A stretch of DNA of 64,000 bases from a bacterium (GCA_963675755.2 CAXXMD010000003.1:2944001-3008000), one strand, 5' to 3'; shown: positions 28,793 to 39,204, numbered from the stretch's first letter. Notes: generated from the letters alone by a model not told the origin. A program made the numbers and translations.

Positions 28793-29428
28793 TTATTCTT
28801 CATCAGAATCAGATTGTTTAAGAACTTCTGGCTCTGCAGCACCTTCTTCGCCTTCTTCAGACTCGACTGTTTCTTCAGCAACTCTGGGAGCGGTAACGGT
28901 AGCTACTACTGTATCATCTTCTGCAGAAAAAGAGAATTTATCATCTTTTAATACATCCAGATACATTGTGTCGCCAATATCAAGAGCAGAAACGTCAGCG
29001 GTAAAGTTCTCAGGAATGTCAGCAGGGAAACATTCAATTTCAACTTCACGAAGTACGTGTTGTAAAATACCACCACTGTTTTTTACACCTACCGATGTTC
29101 CGGTAAGATATACAGGTACAGTAACTTTGAGTTTTTCGTCAAGTTTTATACCCAGCAGGTCGATGTGGATTGGTTCCAAGCGAATAGGATCGTACTGGAT
29201 TTCACGAACCACGCATTTTTTTTCTTCTTTACCATCAAGTTTAACTGTTAACATACCGGATTCATGACCCGCAATGGCTTGAAGTGATTTTAGTTCAACT
29301 GAAAAAGGGATGGGCTCGGATCCATGGAAATAGAAAACTCCGGGAACTCTACCTTCTCTTTTCAGCTTTTTTGAATATTGTTTACCGGTTTCTGAACGGC
29401 GTTCAATATTTAATGAGATTTCAGACAT
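28793..29428 (-). CDS. rplY: 50S ribosomal protein L25/Ctc (long form)
   Basis: R..GRVPGVFY, HIDL, VPV...G...GVK.GG.LQ. Confidence 0.95.
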   Translation of the reverse strand: MSEISLNIERRSETGKQYSKKLKREGRVPGVFYFHGSEPIPFSVELKSLQAIAGHESGMLTVKLDGKEEKKCVVREIQYDPIRLEPIHIDLLGIKLDEKLKVTVPVYLTGTSVGVKNSGGILQHVLREVEIECFPADIPENFTADVSALDIGDTMYLDVLKDDKFSFSAEDDTVVATVTAPRVAEETVESEEGEEGAAEPEVLKQSDSDEE

Positions 29429-29482
29429 GTGTAAACTCCATTAATTATAGTCCGTTTGAAATGAATTGCAAAATAAAGTATA

Positions 29483-30451
29483 TTAGTGCATTGGTCCTTT
29501 TTGTGGAAACAAATCAGAAATGGACCGTTCTTCATGAATTCTTGCAATGGCCTCTGCCAATAGTTTTGATAAACAAACAATGTTCATGTTGCTCATTTTT
29601 TTCGATTTAGGCAGGTTAATTGAGTTACTTACATACAGTTGAGTAATGTCAGAATTTTCAATTTTTTCTACAGCGTCTCCTGAAAGAAGTGCATGGGTGC
29701 AGGCTACATAAATGTTTTTTGCACCTTTGTCTTTCAGAACTTTGACACCGCTTACAAGCGTACCTGCTGTATCGATGATATCATCAACAATAAGAACATT
29801 TTTATTGTTTACATCACCAATTAGTTCTGTTACATCGCAAACATTATGTTTGATGCGACGCTTATTCAGCATGGCCAAATCTGAGGATAGTCGGCTGGCG
29901 TATGCCCGGGCCAGGTGTATACCGCCAATATCAGGAGAGGCGACAACTAGGTCCGGAATTCCCATCGTTTTAAAGTGATCAATGAATATTGCTGCCGCAT
30001 ATAAATGATCCATGGGTATATCAAAAAATCCCTGAATCTGCGGTGCATGTAAATCCATGGTCAGCACACGGTCCGCGCCGGCTTTGGTAATCAAATTAGC
30101 GACCAGTTTTGAACTGATGGAAACCCTGGGTTGGTCTTTCCGGTCTTGCCGGGCGTAACCAAAGTAGGGTATTACTGCTGTAATGCGTGATGCAGAAGCT
30201 CGTTTAGCCGCATCAATCATGATAAGCAGTTCCAGAAGGTTCTCTGATGGAGCATTTGTAGATTGGATTATAAAGACATCAGTACCGCGAATATTTTCCT
30301 GGTATTTTACCCAAAGCTCACCATCTGAAAAGTTTTTGATTGTGACCTTGCCCAGCTCTATCCCTAAAACATTGGCGATTTTTTGCGCAAGCTCGGGATT
30401 TGACCGACCTGAAAATACCTGAATTTCGCGATTTGATTTGCTCTTTAGCAT
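29483..30451 (-). CDS. prs: Ribose-phosphate pyrophosphokinase
   Basis: FSDGE, PYFGYARQDRK, DLHAPQIQGFFD, VDDIIDTAGT. Confidence 0.97.
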   Translation of the reverse strand: MLKSKSNREIQVFSGRSNPELAQKIANVLGIELGKVTIKNFSDGELWVKYQENIRGTDVFIIQSTNAPSENLLELLIMIDAAKRASASRITAVIPYFGYARQDRKDQPRVSISSKLVANLITKAGADRVLTMDLHAPQIQGFFDIPMDHLYAAAIFIDHFKTMGIPDLVVASPDIGGIHLARAYASRLSSDLAMLNKRRIKHNVCDVTELIGDVNNKNVLIVDDIIDTAGTLVSGVKVLKDKGAKNIYVACTHALLSGDAVEKIENSDITQLYVSNSINLPKSKKMSNMNIVCLSKLLAEAIARIHEERSISDLFPQKGPMH

Positions 30452-30545
30452 ACCAATCTGGGTTGTTTAAACTCCATGAAAACGGGTTCGTTGCTATTTG
30501 ATTCTGGCCATGTTAAATTTATTAACATTGACTCACAGTATAAAG

Positions 30546-30582
30546 AAAAAATGACGAAAGCTATATGGTTTTCGTCATTTTC
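30546..30582 (-). terminator. Hairpin/terminator downstream of tRNA-Gln
   Basis: Minus strand AAAATGACGAAA-N10-TTTCGTCATTTT followed by TTCTTT. Confidence 0.6.
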
Positions 30583-30595
30583 ACTGTGAGATTTG

Positions 30596-30667
30596 CTGGG
30601 GCGGGAGGATTCGAACCTCCGAATGCAGGAACCAAAATCCTGTGTCTTGCCGCTTGACGACGCCCCA
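30596..30667 (-). tRNA. tRNA-Gln(UUG), CCA not encoded
   Basis: TGGGGCGTCGTCAAGCGGCAAGACA-CAGGA-TTTTGGT-TCCTG-CATTC-GGAGG-TTCGAAT-CCTCC-CGCCCCA-G cloverleaf. Classic ispE-tRNA-Gln-prs synteny. Confidence 0.95.
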
Positions 30668-30681
30668 AATTTATATCTAAT

Positions 30682-31521
30682 TCAGTTTTGGGGTTCAAAT
30701 AAGAATGTTTTGAACCTGTTTTCAAAAATTGAATTAGCTGCATGCGCCTCTTTTTGAGTTTCAAAAAGACCAAACATTGAAGAGCCGCTGCCAGACATCT
30801 GCGCGTAAAACGCGCCATTGTCATACAATTCAGTTTTTATCTGTTTAAGAACAGGGTGTTGCTTGAATACAATATCTTCAAAATCATTTTCAAGTAAAGT
30901 TTTCCAATCTGTAGTTGGAATAGACTTACTTGTAAAGACGCTAAATTTACTGTTTTTAAATGAATTTGTCAAGCTAAAATTGAATTGTTTATATGCCCAT
31001 GTTGTATCAATATGGTATTCAGGGCAAATAAGCACTCCAAACCAGTTGTTTTCGATTGTAATTGGGTATAATTTTTCCCCTCGGCCTGTGCCTAGCGCAC
31101 TTTTTCCTAAAATGAAAAAAGGTACATCTGAACCCAACTTTGCAGCAAGAGAGAAAAGATGTTCATTTGTTAATCTTGTTTGCCAGAGATGGTTCAAGGT
31201 TATCAAGGTTGCAGCAGCATTACTGCTGCCGCCACCTAAACCCGCACCCGAGGGTATATTCTTTTCCAAACGGATATGGCATCCTTTTGATGAATTGGTT
31301 GTTTGCTTGAGTAAAGCTGCTGCCTTGACAACCAAATTTGTAGAATCTGATGGACACCAGGGAGAGCTGCATTCAAAAGTAATTTTTTCGTTTTGAACGT
31401 TAAATTCCAAACTATCCTTTACGGATATAGTTTGGAAAATGGTTTCTAGCTCGTGAAAGCCATCGCTCCGCTTACCAAGAATTCGTAGACCCAGATTGAT
31501 TTTTGCAAGAGAAGAAACCAC
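30682..31521 (-). CDS. ispE: 4-diphosphocytidyl-2-C-methyl-D-erythritol kinase
   Basis: AKINLGL, DGFHELET, IP.GAGLGGGSSNAA, LGSDVPFF, MSGSGS. Confidence 0.96.
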   Translation of the reverse strand: MVSSLAKINLGLRILGKRSDGFHELETIFQTISVKDSLEFNVQNEKITFECSSPWCPSDSTNLVVKAAALLKQTTNSSKGCHIRLEKNIPSGAGLGGGSSNAAATLITLNHLWQTRLTNEHLFSLAAKLGSDVPFFILGKSALGTGRGEKLYPITIENNWFGVLICPEYHIDTTWAYKQFNFSLTNSFKNSKFSVFTSKSIPTTDWKTLLENDFEDIVFKQHPVLKQIKTELYDNGAFYAQMSGSGSSMFGLFETQKEAHAANSIFENRFKTFLFEPQN

Positions 31522-31589
31522 TGGTTACCGCTTGATAATTTTATAATCTATACAGAATTTATTGCTCAATATTTTCCCAATACACAGTC

Positions 31590-31862
31590 TTATTTAGTTT
31601 TGGGAAGAATGACCTCTACATCTGTATGGGGACGAGGAATTACATGCACCGAAACCAGTTCGCCAACTTTTTCAGCAGCTGCAGCACCAGCGTCAGTTGC
31701 TGCTTTAACAGCGCCAACATCGCCGCGAACGATTACAGTCATCAATCCACTTCCAACTCTTTCTGTGCCGAGCAACTTTACATTTGCCGCTTTAACCATT
31801 GCATCTGCGGCTTCTATTGCAGGAATGAAACCTCTAGTTTCAACAAGTCCTAATGCTTCCAT
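31590..31862 (-). CDS. Bacterial microcompartment hexameric shell protein (BMC-H, EutM/PduA-like)
   Basis: [48 protein letters not shown] 31862 after GGAGG. Confidence 0.95.
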   Translation of the reverse strand: MEALGLVETRGFIPAIEAADAMVKAANVKLLGTERVGSGLMTVIVRGDVGAVKAATDAGAAAAEKVGELVSVHVIPRPHTDVEVILPKTK

Positions 31863-32051
31863 TGTGGGGTAACCCTCCAAAATTTTTCTGCTGTTTTACA
31901 TTGATTATGTATATATTTTACAAAGTAATAAACTTTTAATTGTTTGTCAACTCTTTTTAAGTTTTTTTGTTTGATAAACACATTCAAGAATACAGACTTG
32001 CATTTATCAACTGGTTTGGTTAATTTCTTTCGGTGAAAAATATAGGGAAAT

Positions 32052-32840
32052 ATGAAAAAAATTTTTATTTCTGATGCTCATTTTGGCGCTGAAAGTACGG
32101 AAAAAGAAAAACATAAAGCAGAGTTGTTTTATTCTTTTTTAGAATATTTTGAAAGTCAGGATGCCGAACTTTATATCGTTGGTGATTTATTTGATTTCTG
32201 GTTTGAGTACAAGTATGCAATACCACGCAGACATTTTAGAATAATTGCCCATTTGGCTGACTTGTGCCGTAGTGGTAGAAACATTCATTATCTTGCCGGC
32301 AATCATGATTTCTGGCTGGGTTCGTTTATGGAAAAAGAAGTGGGCTTGAAATTACATACTGATGATTATATTATTTCAGAACCGGAATGCAAGATCTATA
32401 TTTGTCATGGTGATGGTTTGCTAAAAAATGATTACGGTTATCGATTTTTAAAAAGGGTGCTAAGGAACAAGCTGAATATTTGGCTATATCGATTAATGCA
32501 TCCCGATTTTGGAATTCCCTTTGCGCTGTTTTTTTCTAATCTGAGCCGAGAACATTCCAAGGATGATGAGAATTACACGGATATCGATTACAGGCAATAT
32601 GCTTTTAATAAAATAGACGAAGGCTATGATTTTGTAGTTTTGGGGCATACCCACTGGCCGGCTATGGATAAATATAAAAACGGCTGGTATTTAAATGCCG
32701 GGAATTGGATGGAAAAATTCACTTTTGCTGAAATTGACAACTGTACACCCCGCCTGTTCAAATGGGATGGACAGCAAGCTGTTGACGCGGAAATAGAATT
32801 TCCTCCCGGATACGGAAAATATTTTGCAGGTAAAGAGTGA
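32052..32840 (+). CDS. lpxH: UDP-2,3-diacylglucosamine diphosphatase (calcineurin-like)
   Basis: ISDAHFG, GDLFDFWFEY, GNHDF, HGDG, GHTH. Confidence 0.85.
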   Translation: MKKIFISDAHFGAESTEKEKHKAELFYSFLEYFESQDAELYIVGDLFDFWFEYKYAIPRRHFRIIAHLADLCRSGRNIHYLAGNHDFWLGSFMEKEVGLKLHTDDYIISEPECKIYICHGDGLLKNDYGYRFLKRVLRNKLNIWLYRLMHPDFGIPFALFFSNLSREHSKDDENYTDIDYRQYAFNKIDEGYDFVVLGHTHWPAMDKYKNGWYLNAGNWMEKFTFAEIDNCTPRLFKWDGQQAVDAEIEFPPGYGKYFAGKE

Positions 32841-33643
32841 TCAATTATCGTAAAAGCTGGACAGATTATTTTACGTTATTCGTGGCAATTGTAATCTCGT
32901 TGATTCTTATTGCCCGCAATGGTGACGCTTCCCGGAATTCTGCAATTCATACAATAACCCTGGAAATCACATCTACCCTTGCAACCCCTTTTGCATTTTG
33001 GCATGACATTCTGGGTGTACGTAAAGAAAATCAACGTTTAAAGCAAAGAAATATTCAATTGCAGTTGGAGAATTCACGGCTTTATCAAGATCGTTTGGAA
33101 AAAAACAGATTGATGAAATTGTTGGATCTTAGAGAGAACTTTGGTTTTAAAAGTATTCCCGCACGTGTTGTTGGTCTTGATGGGATGATGGGTGTGCACT
33201 CTTTTATTCTTGATAAAGGCAAAAAAGACGGTGTTAAAATAAACATGCCCGTTATAGCTACTCAGGGCCTTGCCGGCAAAGTAATACAATTATCTGAACA
33301 TAATTCTGTTGTGCAGGCTGTTACAGATAAGAATTTTCGTGTAGCTGCAAGGTTACAGGATGAGCGTTTTTCAGGTATCTTGAAAGGTACAGGTGGGGAT
33401 AAGGCCGAGTTGTGGGGAATACCCTTGTCCGCTAGTGTGAATGTTGGTGATAAACTCATCACGCTTGGTATGGATTCAATTTATCCACCTTATTTACAAC
33501 TTGGTAAAGTTTTACAAGTTAAAGATGGACCCGAAGGTCTTTTTTATGTCATCAAGGTTGAACCGGCTGAAATATATTCCAGAATTGAGCAGGTTCTGAT
33601 TATAGCCCAAACGGACAGTACAAATGAAAACAGCAATCTTTAG
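32837..33643 (+). CDS. mreC: Rod shape-determining protein MreC
   Basis: TM, ENQRLK coiled coil, DKG..DGV..NMPVI...GL.GKV, GD.L.T.G..IYP. Confidence 0.92.
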   Translation: MINYRKSWTDYFTLFVAIVISLILIARNGDASRNSAIHTITLEITSTLATPFAFWHDILGVRKENQRLKQRNIQLQLENSRLYQDRLEKNRLMKLLDLRENFGFKSIPARVVGLDGMMGVHSFILDKGKKDGVKINMPVIATQGLAGKVIQLSEHNSVVQAVTDKNFRVAARLQDERFSGILKGTGGDKAELWGIPLSASVNVGDKLITLGMDSIYPPYLQLGKVLQVKDGPEGLFYVIKVEPAEIYSRIEQVLIIAQTDSTNENSNL

Positions 33644-34124
33644 TATACTTTTATTTATATCGATATTGATTCAGATATCTGTCAAACCTATATTGACTTA
33701 TTGGGGGGTGGCCCCGGATTTGACTGTTCTGGCACTTTGTTTTGCAGCGTTTGCTTTGCCAAGAAATTCGGTTACTGTTATGGGATTTGCAACGGGATTT
33801 ATTCGTGACAGCCTTGGGTTTAGTATGTTGGGAGTAGGTTCGCTACTTTTTACTGTTATTGCATTTGCTGCGGCGTCTTTGCTTCGAAAACGATCTTTTC
33901 AGTCTTTATTTGAAGTTACCTTGTATTTTTCAATTATTATCTTGAGCTATTTTTTCTTGTACCATGTATTTATAAACTTGTTTGCTGATGGTTTTGGTTT
34001 AATGATTATTACACGGGTATTGCCCTCTACACTTTTATCTATATTAATATTGGTAATACTTTTTATTCTTATTCCCAACAAGTTCTGGTACCGTATCAAC
34101 CTTTATGGTCAAACGAGATATTGA
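33624..34124 (+). CDS. mreD: Rod shape-determining protein MreD
   Basis: Hydrophobic protein with PDL and GF.TG..RDSL motifs, between mreC and mrdA. Confidence 0.85.
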   Translation: MKTAIFSILLFISILIQISVKPILTYWGVAPDLTVLALCFAAFALPRNSVTVMGFATGFIRDSLGFSMLGVGSLLFTVIAFAAASLLRKRSFQSLFEVTLYFSIIILSYFFLYHVFINLFADGFGLMIITRVLPSTLLSILILVILFILIPNKFWYRINLYGQTRY

Positions 34125-35901
34125 TATGCTGGATTTTGAAGACAAGAAAATAATTTTTTCTTTAGCCATTTATTTTTTGTTTCTGATTTTATTTTTTCAA
34201 CTGTTTAGGCTGCAGGTGTATGACCGTAAAAAATATCAGCAGCATTCTTTTAAAAATAGAATCAAGCAAGTAAGGTTAATGCCCTCACGGGGTGTCATTT
34301 ATGATAGAAATGGTGAAAAAATTGTAGAGAACCAACCGGTGTATAATGTATATGTTGTTCCGTTCGAATGTAAAAATGACACTGCCCTAACATTGTTGTC
34401 TCGCTTGCTGGGTGACTCGACGAACATTATCCAGGATCGTATAAAACAATCTGGACGGCTTTTTAGTGCAGTCAAAGTATGGGATGATATCTCTTTTGCG
34501 CAGCTGGTAGCCATTGAAGAACGCAAGTTTGAATTACCCGGTACAAGTGTTCAGGTTGATACGCGAAGGCGATACACCTCAAGAGCTGATCTTGCTCATG
34601 TATTAGGCTATTTATCTGAGGCATCTGAGACAGATATAGAACAGGATTTACAAAAGCAAACAAGATTGGGAGATTGGGTAGGTAAAAAGGGTGTTGAAAA
34701 AAAATATCAAAAAGAACTATTGGGAATGGTGGGCGTTAACTTTATTGAAGTGAATGCCCTTGGAAGAGAAATTAATGATAAAGACTTTGCGGGAGAAATG
34801 GCCCCCAAGCGGGGTAAAGATCTTTACTTGACTGTTGACCTGGATTTGCAGGTAATGGCCGAATCCTTGTTTGTTGACAAGCAGGGTGGGGTAGTAATGC
34901 TGGATACCCGCAATGGAGATGCTTTAGTTTTGTGCAGCAAGCCAGACTATGATCCCCGCGTTTTTTCAAAACGTATATCAACAACAGATTGGAGAACTTT
35001 GGTAAATAACCCTGCAAAACCCATGTTTGACAGGGTGGTACAGGGTGAATTCCCTCCGGGCTCAACGTACAAACTGGTTGTTCTTGCCGCTGCTTTGGAA
35101 ACCGGTATTGCTGTTCCTGATGACAAGTACAATTGTACAGGCTTGTATCGCTTTGGCAGAGGAAGGTTCCACTGCTGGAATCATAGCGGGCATGGCACGC
35201 TTGATATGTATGGAGCGATAAAGAATTCGTGTAATGTTTACATGTATAATGTTAGCCTGGATATGGATGTGAATGTTTGGGCCGAGTACTCGAAACGTTT
35301 TGGTTTTGGACAGGCAACAGGAATTGATCTGTATGCAGAAGGTAAAGGAAATATACCAGACAAAGCATATCTTGACAAGGCATACGGAGAAAATGGATGG
35401 ACAAAGGCCATGATGTTGAACCTGGGAATTGGGCAGGGAGACTTGTTGGTTACACCGTTGCAAATGGCACAATTTGCTATGATAATGGCAAATAAAGGAT
35501 ATTATTTTGCTCCACATATGATGCAGAAATTTGTTGATCCTATAGATGGTTCTTTTGTGTTATACAATGCACCTAAAAAAACAGTTGAAGGTATATCCGA
35601 ATCTACTTATAATGTGCTTCGCAAAGGTATGGATATGGTGGTAAATGATATTGGCGGCACCGGTAGAGCGAGCTATAATCGGGATTACAAAGTAGCAGGA
35701 AAAACAGGTACTGCTCAAAATCCACATGGAGAATCGCACGCGTGGTTTATCGGTTTTGCACCGTTTGAAAACCCACAGGTTGCGTTTTGTGTATTTGTTG
35801 AGAATGGCGGCAGCGGTGGTGGAAACGCCGCACCCATTGCCGGTAAATTGTTGAAAAAATATTTTGAAAAGCAAACAATGGTAGCAGACTTTGATTCTTA
35901 A
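34105..35901 (+). CDS. mrdA: Penicillin-binding protein 2
   Basis: RGVIYDRNG, PPGSTYK (SxxK), SCN, KTGTAQ. The start may instead be 34126. Confidence 0.94.
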   Translation: MVKRDIDMLDFEDKKIIFSLAIYFLFLILFFQLFRLQVYDRKKYQQHSFKNRIKQVRLMPSRGVIYDRNGEKIVENQPVYNVYVVPFECKNDTALTLLSRLLGDSTNIIQDRIKQSGRLFSAVKVWDDISFAQLVAIEERKFELPGTSVQVDTRRRYTSRADLAHVLGYLSEASETDIEQDLQKQTRLGDWVGKKGVEKKYQKELLGMVGVNFIEVNALGREINDKDFAGEMAPKRGKDLYLTVDLDLQVMAESLFVDKQGGVVMLDTRNGDALVLCSKPDYDPRVFSKRISTTDWRTLVNNPAKPMFDRVVQGEFPPGSTYKLVVLAAALETGIAVPDDKYNCTGLYRFGRGRFHCWNHSGHGTLDMYGAIKNSCNVYMYNVSLDMDVNVWAEYSKRFGFGQATGIDLYAEGKGNIPDKAYLDKAYGENGWTKAMMLNLGIGQGDLLVTPLQMAQFAMIMANKGYYFAPHMMQKFVDPIDGSFVLYNAPKKTVEGISESTYNVLRKGMDMVVNDIGGTGRASYNRDYKVAGKTGTAQNPHGESHAWFIGFAPFENPQVAFCVFVENGGSGGGNAAPIAGKLLKKYFEKQTMVADFDS

Positions 35902-37105
35902 TAATCGCAAATATGAGTGGAGCATTTTAATTGCTGTTTTATTGCTTTGCACTTATGGCTTGGTTGCTATTTACAGTGCAACACATGGAGAATTGAGTTC
36001 TCAATCTGAACATCTTTTTTTTATAAAGCAGATGGTTTGGATTGGAATAGGGCTTTTTATGTTTTTTGTTGTTTCCATGCTGCCGAGTAACTGGTTGTCC
36101 ATGTCTGCACCATTTTTATATGGCGTATTATTATTAATCCTCATGGGATTGCTGGTTTTGGGGCGAGGTGGTGGTCCAAACCGTTGGATTGGGTTTGGTG
36201 GTTTGCAGTTGCAGCCGTCAGAGTTTATGAAACCAGTGCTGGTAATGACTCTTGCTGCATATTTTAGCTCTGGTTTTTCACTCAATCGCAAAATGGATAT
36301 TTTGCTTGTCTTTATAATGATACTGGTTCCCTTTGCATTAGTATTGAAACAGCCAGATCTGGGAACTGCATTGACTTTTTTAGTAATAATTGTTCCCATG
36401 TTGTATTGGCGGGGAGTAAGTTTATTTGTTTTGTTTGTTATATGCGCTCCAATTGTTACATTTATAGCTTCGTTTCAGTTCTGGTCTTTTTTTGTAACAA
36501 TTTTAGTGATTTGTACCATTCTGATTGTTTCAAGAAGAGGTGCGTTAACTTTTTGGACTGTGTTCTTTTTTAATATTATAGTAGGTATTGCTGCCCCTTC
36601 TTTTTGGAACCATTTGCACGAATATCAGCAAAAACGTGTTTTGAATTTTTTAGGTATTGTGTCTGACCCCCAGGGTTCAGGATATCAAATTATACAGTCC
36701 AAGGTGGCAATTGGTTCGGGAGGGTTTTGGGGTAAAGGATTTATGGAAGGCTCGCAAACCCAGTTGAGTTTTTTACCAGAGCAGCATACTGACTTTATCT
36801 TTTCAGTTATTGCGGAAGAGTGGGGTTTTGTTGGTTCAATGGTATTGATTGCTACATTTATATTTTTAATTTCAAGAGGTATACATATTGCCTCAACTGC
36901 AAAAAGTGATTTTGAAGGGCTGTTAACAATTGGCCTGGTTTCCATGTTTATGTTTCAAATACTAGTAAATATGGGAATGACAATGGGTATCATGCCGGTT
37001 ACAGGTATGACATTACCTTTTATTAGTTACGGCGGATCTTCTATGATGTCATCGATGGTCATGGCCGGTTTGTTTATGAATACTGCACTAAATCGTTTCA
37101 AGTAA
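35891..37105 (+). CDS. rodA: Rod shape-determining protein RodA (SEDS)
   Basis: QPSEFMK, QPDLGTA, GSGG..GKG, PEQHTDFIF, LPFISYGGSS. Confidence 0.94.
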   Translation: MILNNRKYEWSILIAVLLLCTYGLVAIYSATHGELSSQSEHLFFIKQMVWIGIGLFMFFVVSMLPSNWLSMSAPFLYGVLLLILMGLLVLGRGGGPNRWIGFGGLQLQPSEFMKPVLVMTLAAYFSSGFSLNRKMDILLVFIMILVPFALVLKQPDLGTALTFLVIIVPMLYWRGVSLFVLFVICAPIVTFIASFQFWSFFVTILVICTILIVSRRGALTFWTVFFFNIIVGIAAPSFWNHLHEYQQKRVLNFLGIVSDPQGSGYQIIQSKVAIGSGGFWGKGFMEGSQTQLSFLPEQHTDFIFSVIAEEWGFVGSMVLIATFIFLISRGIHIASTAKSDFEGLLTIGLVSMFMFQILVNMGMTMGIMPVTGMTLPFISYGGSSMMSSMVMAGLFMNTALNRFK

Positions 37106-37123
37106 GCGAAGAGGAGGTTAAAA

Positions 37124-37945
37124 TTGCATCCGACATTGTTTCGACTTGGCGCTTTTGAAGTTCGTTCTTATGGCGTTATGTTAGCGTTGTCTTTTTTGTT
37201 TGGTATTATGATAGCGGTAAAAAGAGCAAAAAAGCGTGGAGTTGATCCCAATCATATTATGGATTTATCAGTTATCCTGATTATCAGTGCAATAGTGGGG
37301 TCAAGATTGTTGTATGTTGCATATCATCCGGAAGAGTTCTCCGGACATTGGTTGGATGCTATAAGTCCTTTTCAAAGCGATGGTACAATTGGTCTTGGTG
37401 GTTTGACTGTTTTGGGTGGAGTGGTATTGTGTTTTATTTCTGCTTTTATTTTTCTAAGAGTTAAAAAGCTCTCCTTTCTTGTATTTGCAGATATTATGAT
37501 TCCCATGGTGGGTTTGGGTATTTTTCTGACCCGTATTGGTTGTTTCCTTAACGGATGTTGTTATGGTTTGCCTTGTGGTGAACATGCCCATTTATGTGTA
37601 ACTTTTCCGTACAACAGTGCTGCCGGACATATGTTTCCGGATACGCCCCTGGTTCCTGCACAGCTTTATTCCTCACTCTATGGATTAATGATTCTGGGTG
37701 TTTTGTTATTCATTGAGAGGTGGCAGAAATTTGATGGATTTTTGTTTTACGCATTCTTAATTCTTTATGGCTTGTCCCGCTTTACTGTAGACTTTTTTAG
37801 ATATTATGAAAACAGTATGGTAATCATGCAGTTGGCAGGTAAAGATATTAGCCTGAATCAGGGAATTAGTTTTATGTTTATTGTAATTGGAACTTTAATG
37901 CTGATTTTAGGTTATTTACGTAATAAAAAGAAAGATGTTGTATAG
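37124..37945 (+). CDS. lgt: Prolipoprotein diacylglyceryl transferase
   Basis: MHP.LF.LG...SYG, GSRL.YV, RIGCFLNGCCYG, P.QLY, RF.VDFFR. Confidence 0.9.
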   Translation: MHPTLFRLGAFEVRSYGVMLALSFLFGIMIAVKRAKKRGVDPNHIMDLSVILIISAIVGSRLLYVAYHPEEFSGHWLDAISPFQSDGTIGLGGLTVLGGVVLCFISAFIFLRVKKLSFLVFADIMIPMVGLGIFLTRIGCFLNGCCYGLPCGEHAHLCVTFPYNSAAGHMFPDTPLVPAQLYSSLYGLMILGVLLFIERWQKFDGFLFYAFLILYGLSRFTVDFFRYYENSMVIMQLAGKDISLNQGISFMFIVIGTLMLILGYLRNKKKDVV

Positions 37946-38019
37946 ATTTCGTTAAAAATTAAAATTCTCTTGACTTTTTTTGTTAAGTTCAATAAATTTA
38001 ACTAAATAACTTAAAGCGA

Positions 38020-39195
38020 ATGGTGAAATATCAATTGATAAAACGACTGTGGTTTTTGCTCCTTGTGTATATCATTTCAATTGTCCCTTGTGGTGCATTT
38101 GCGCTTGATGACAAAATTGGTATAGGCGTTAAAGCAGGAATGGGTCGCCTTGAGGGGGATTGGAGCAGCCCCGGACTCTCATTCAACGGTTCTGTTTTTG
38201 CAAGTTACAGCCCGTTTCCATACTTTAGTATAAGTGGTGAGCTGGGAACCGGTTTTCTCAGAACCTCGGAAATATCAGATATCAACAGGATTGATGCCGG
38301 CTTTGATAATGTAGATGATTACAGTACAACATTTGTACCCTATGAATTGCAGGTACAGGTCAATCCTTTTCCATATTTTAAAATCAAGCCCTTTGCATTG
38401 CTGGGGGTAGGTGGCTTGTGGTTTAATTCAACCTACCAGGATGCTACAATTAACCTGGATGGTGTTGAACAGAATTTAATGGATTCATATATCAAGTTTG
38501 GTGGAGGTATTGAATATCCAATTGAACCACGTATTTCAGTAATGCTTGGTGCGGATTTTAGACAAACCATGACAGATCGCCTTGAACAATGGAAAAGTGG
38601 TGATGAAAACGACGGCATTATTTCAGTTTGGGCCGGAGTTACATATTATTTTCCACTAAAGAATAAAGATGATCGTGATTTTGACAATATTCCATTGTCT
38701 TTGGATGTTGATCCGATCTATGCTGAAGATTTTAATGGATATCAGGACCACGATGGACGACCAGAAAACGGCGTTCCTGAAAATTTTGATTATAAAAAAC
38801 CCCTGGTTAAACATAACCCTGTGTTTAGAGCGCTTGAGGGTAGTAATCTTGAAATTAAAGCAGAAATTTATTCTACCACGCCTTTGAAAAGTATTTCAAT
38901 TATGCACCGGGCAATGGGTAGTAAAAAATGGCAAGTTGTTGAGATGAGTCCGGAACCGAATAATGTATATGTGGGTGAAATAGATAAATCATATATAACC
39001 GGTGATGGGCTTGAATATTTTGTTGTTGCAGTAACACGAGATTTACAAGGTATGGGATATTCAGGATTACCAAAACGCCCTATCCAGGTCAAGGTAGTAA
39101 AAAATGCTCCAAAATGGCGACTAGCCACCGGGGCGCTTTCAGCTTTAAGCTGGGCTAGCGCTTTGTATATTATTCTAAGAAAACAAACCAATTAG
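38020..39195 (+). CDS. Outer-membrane beta-barrel protein with TSP3-like Asp-rich segment, Ig-like domain and C-terminal hydrophobic helix
   Basis: Signal peptide, OmpA-type strands (PFALLGVGG, FGGGIEY, AGVTYYF), DRDFDNIP..EDFNGYQDHDGRPE, H.P...LEYFVVA. Confidence 0.7.
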   Translation: MVKYQLIKRLWFLLLVYIISIVPCGAFALDDKIGIGVKAGMGRLEGDWSSPGLSFNGSVFASYSPFPYFSISGELGTGFLRTSEISDINRIDAGFDNVDDYSTTFVPYELQVQVNPFPYFKIKPFALLGVGGLWFNSTYQDATINLDGVEQNLMDSYIKFGGGIEYPIEPRISVMLGADFRQTMTDRLEQWKSGDENDGIISVWAGVTYYFPLKNKDDRDFDNIPLSLDVDPIYAEDFNGYQDHDGRPENGVPENFDYKKPLVKHNPVFRALEGSNLEIKAEIYSTTPLKSISIMHRAMGSKKWQVVEMSPEPNNVYVGEIDKSYITGDGLEYFVVAVTRDLQGMGYSGLPKRPIQVKVVKNAPKWRLATGALSALSWASALYIILRKQTN

Positions 39196-39204
39196 GAGAG
39201 CGAA

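Noticed and set aside
30561-30824. 87-aa ORF on the minus strand
   Set aside because: Overlaps the ispE 3' end and tRNA-Gln; spurious.
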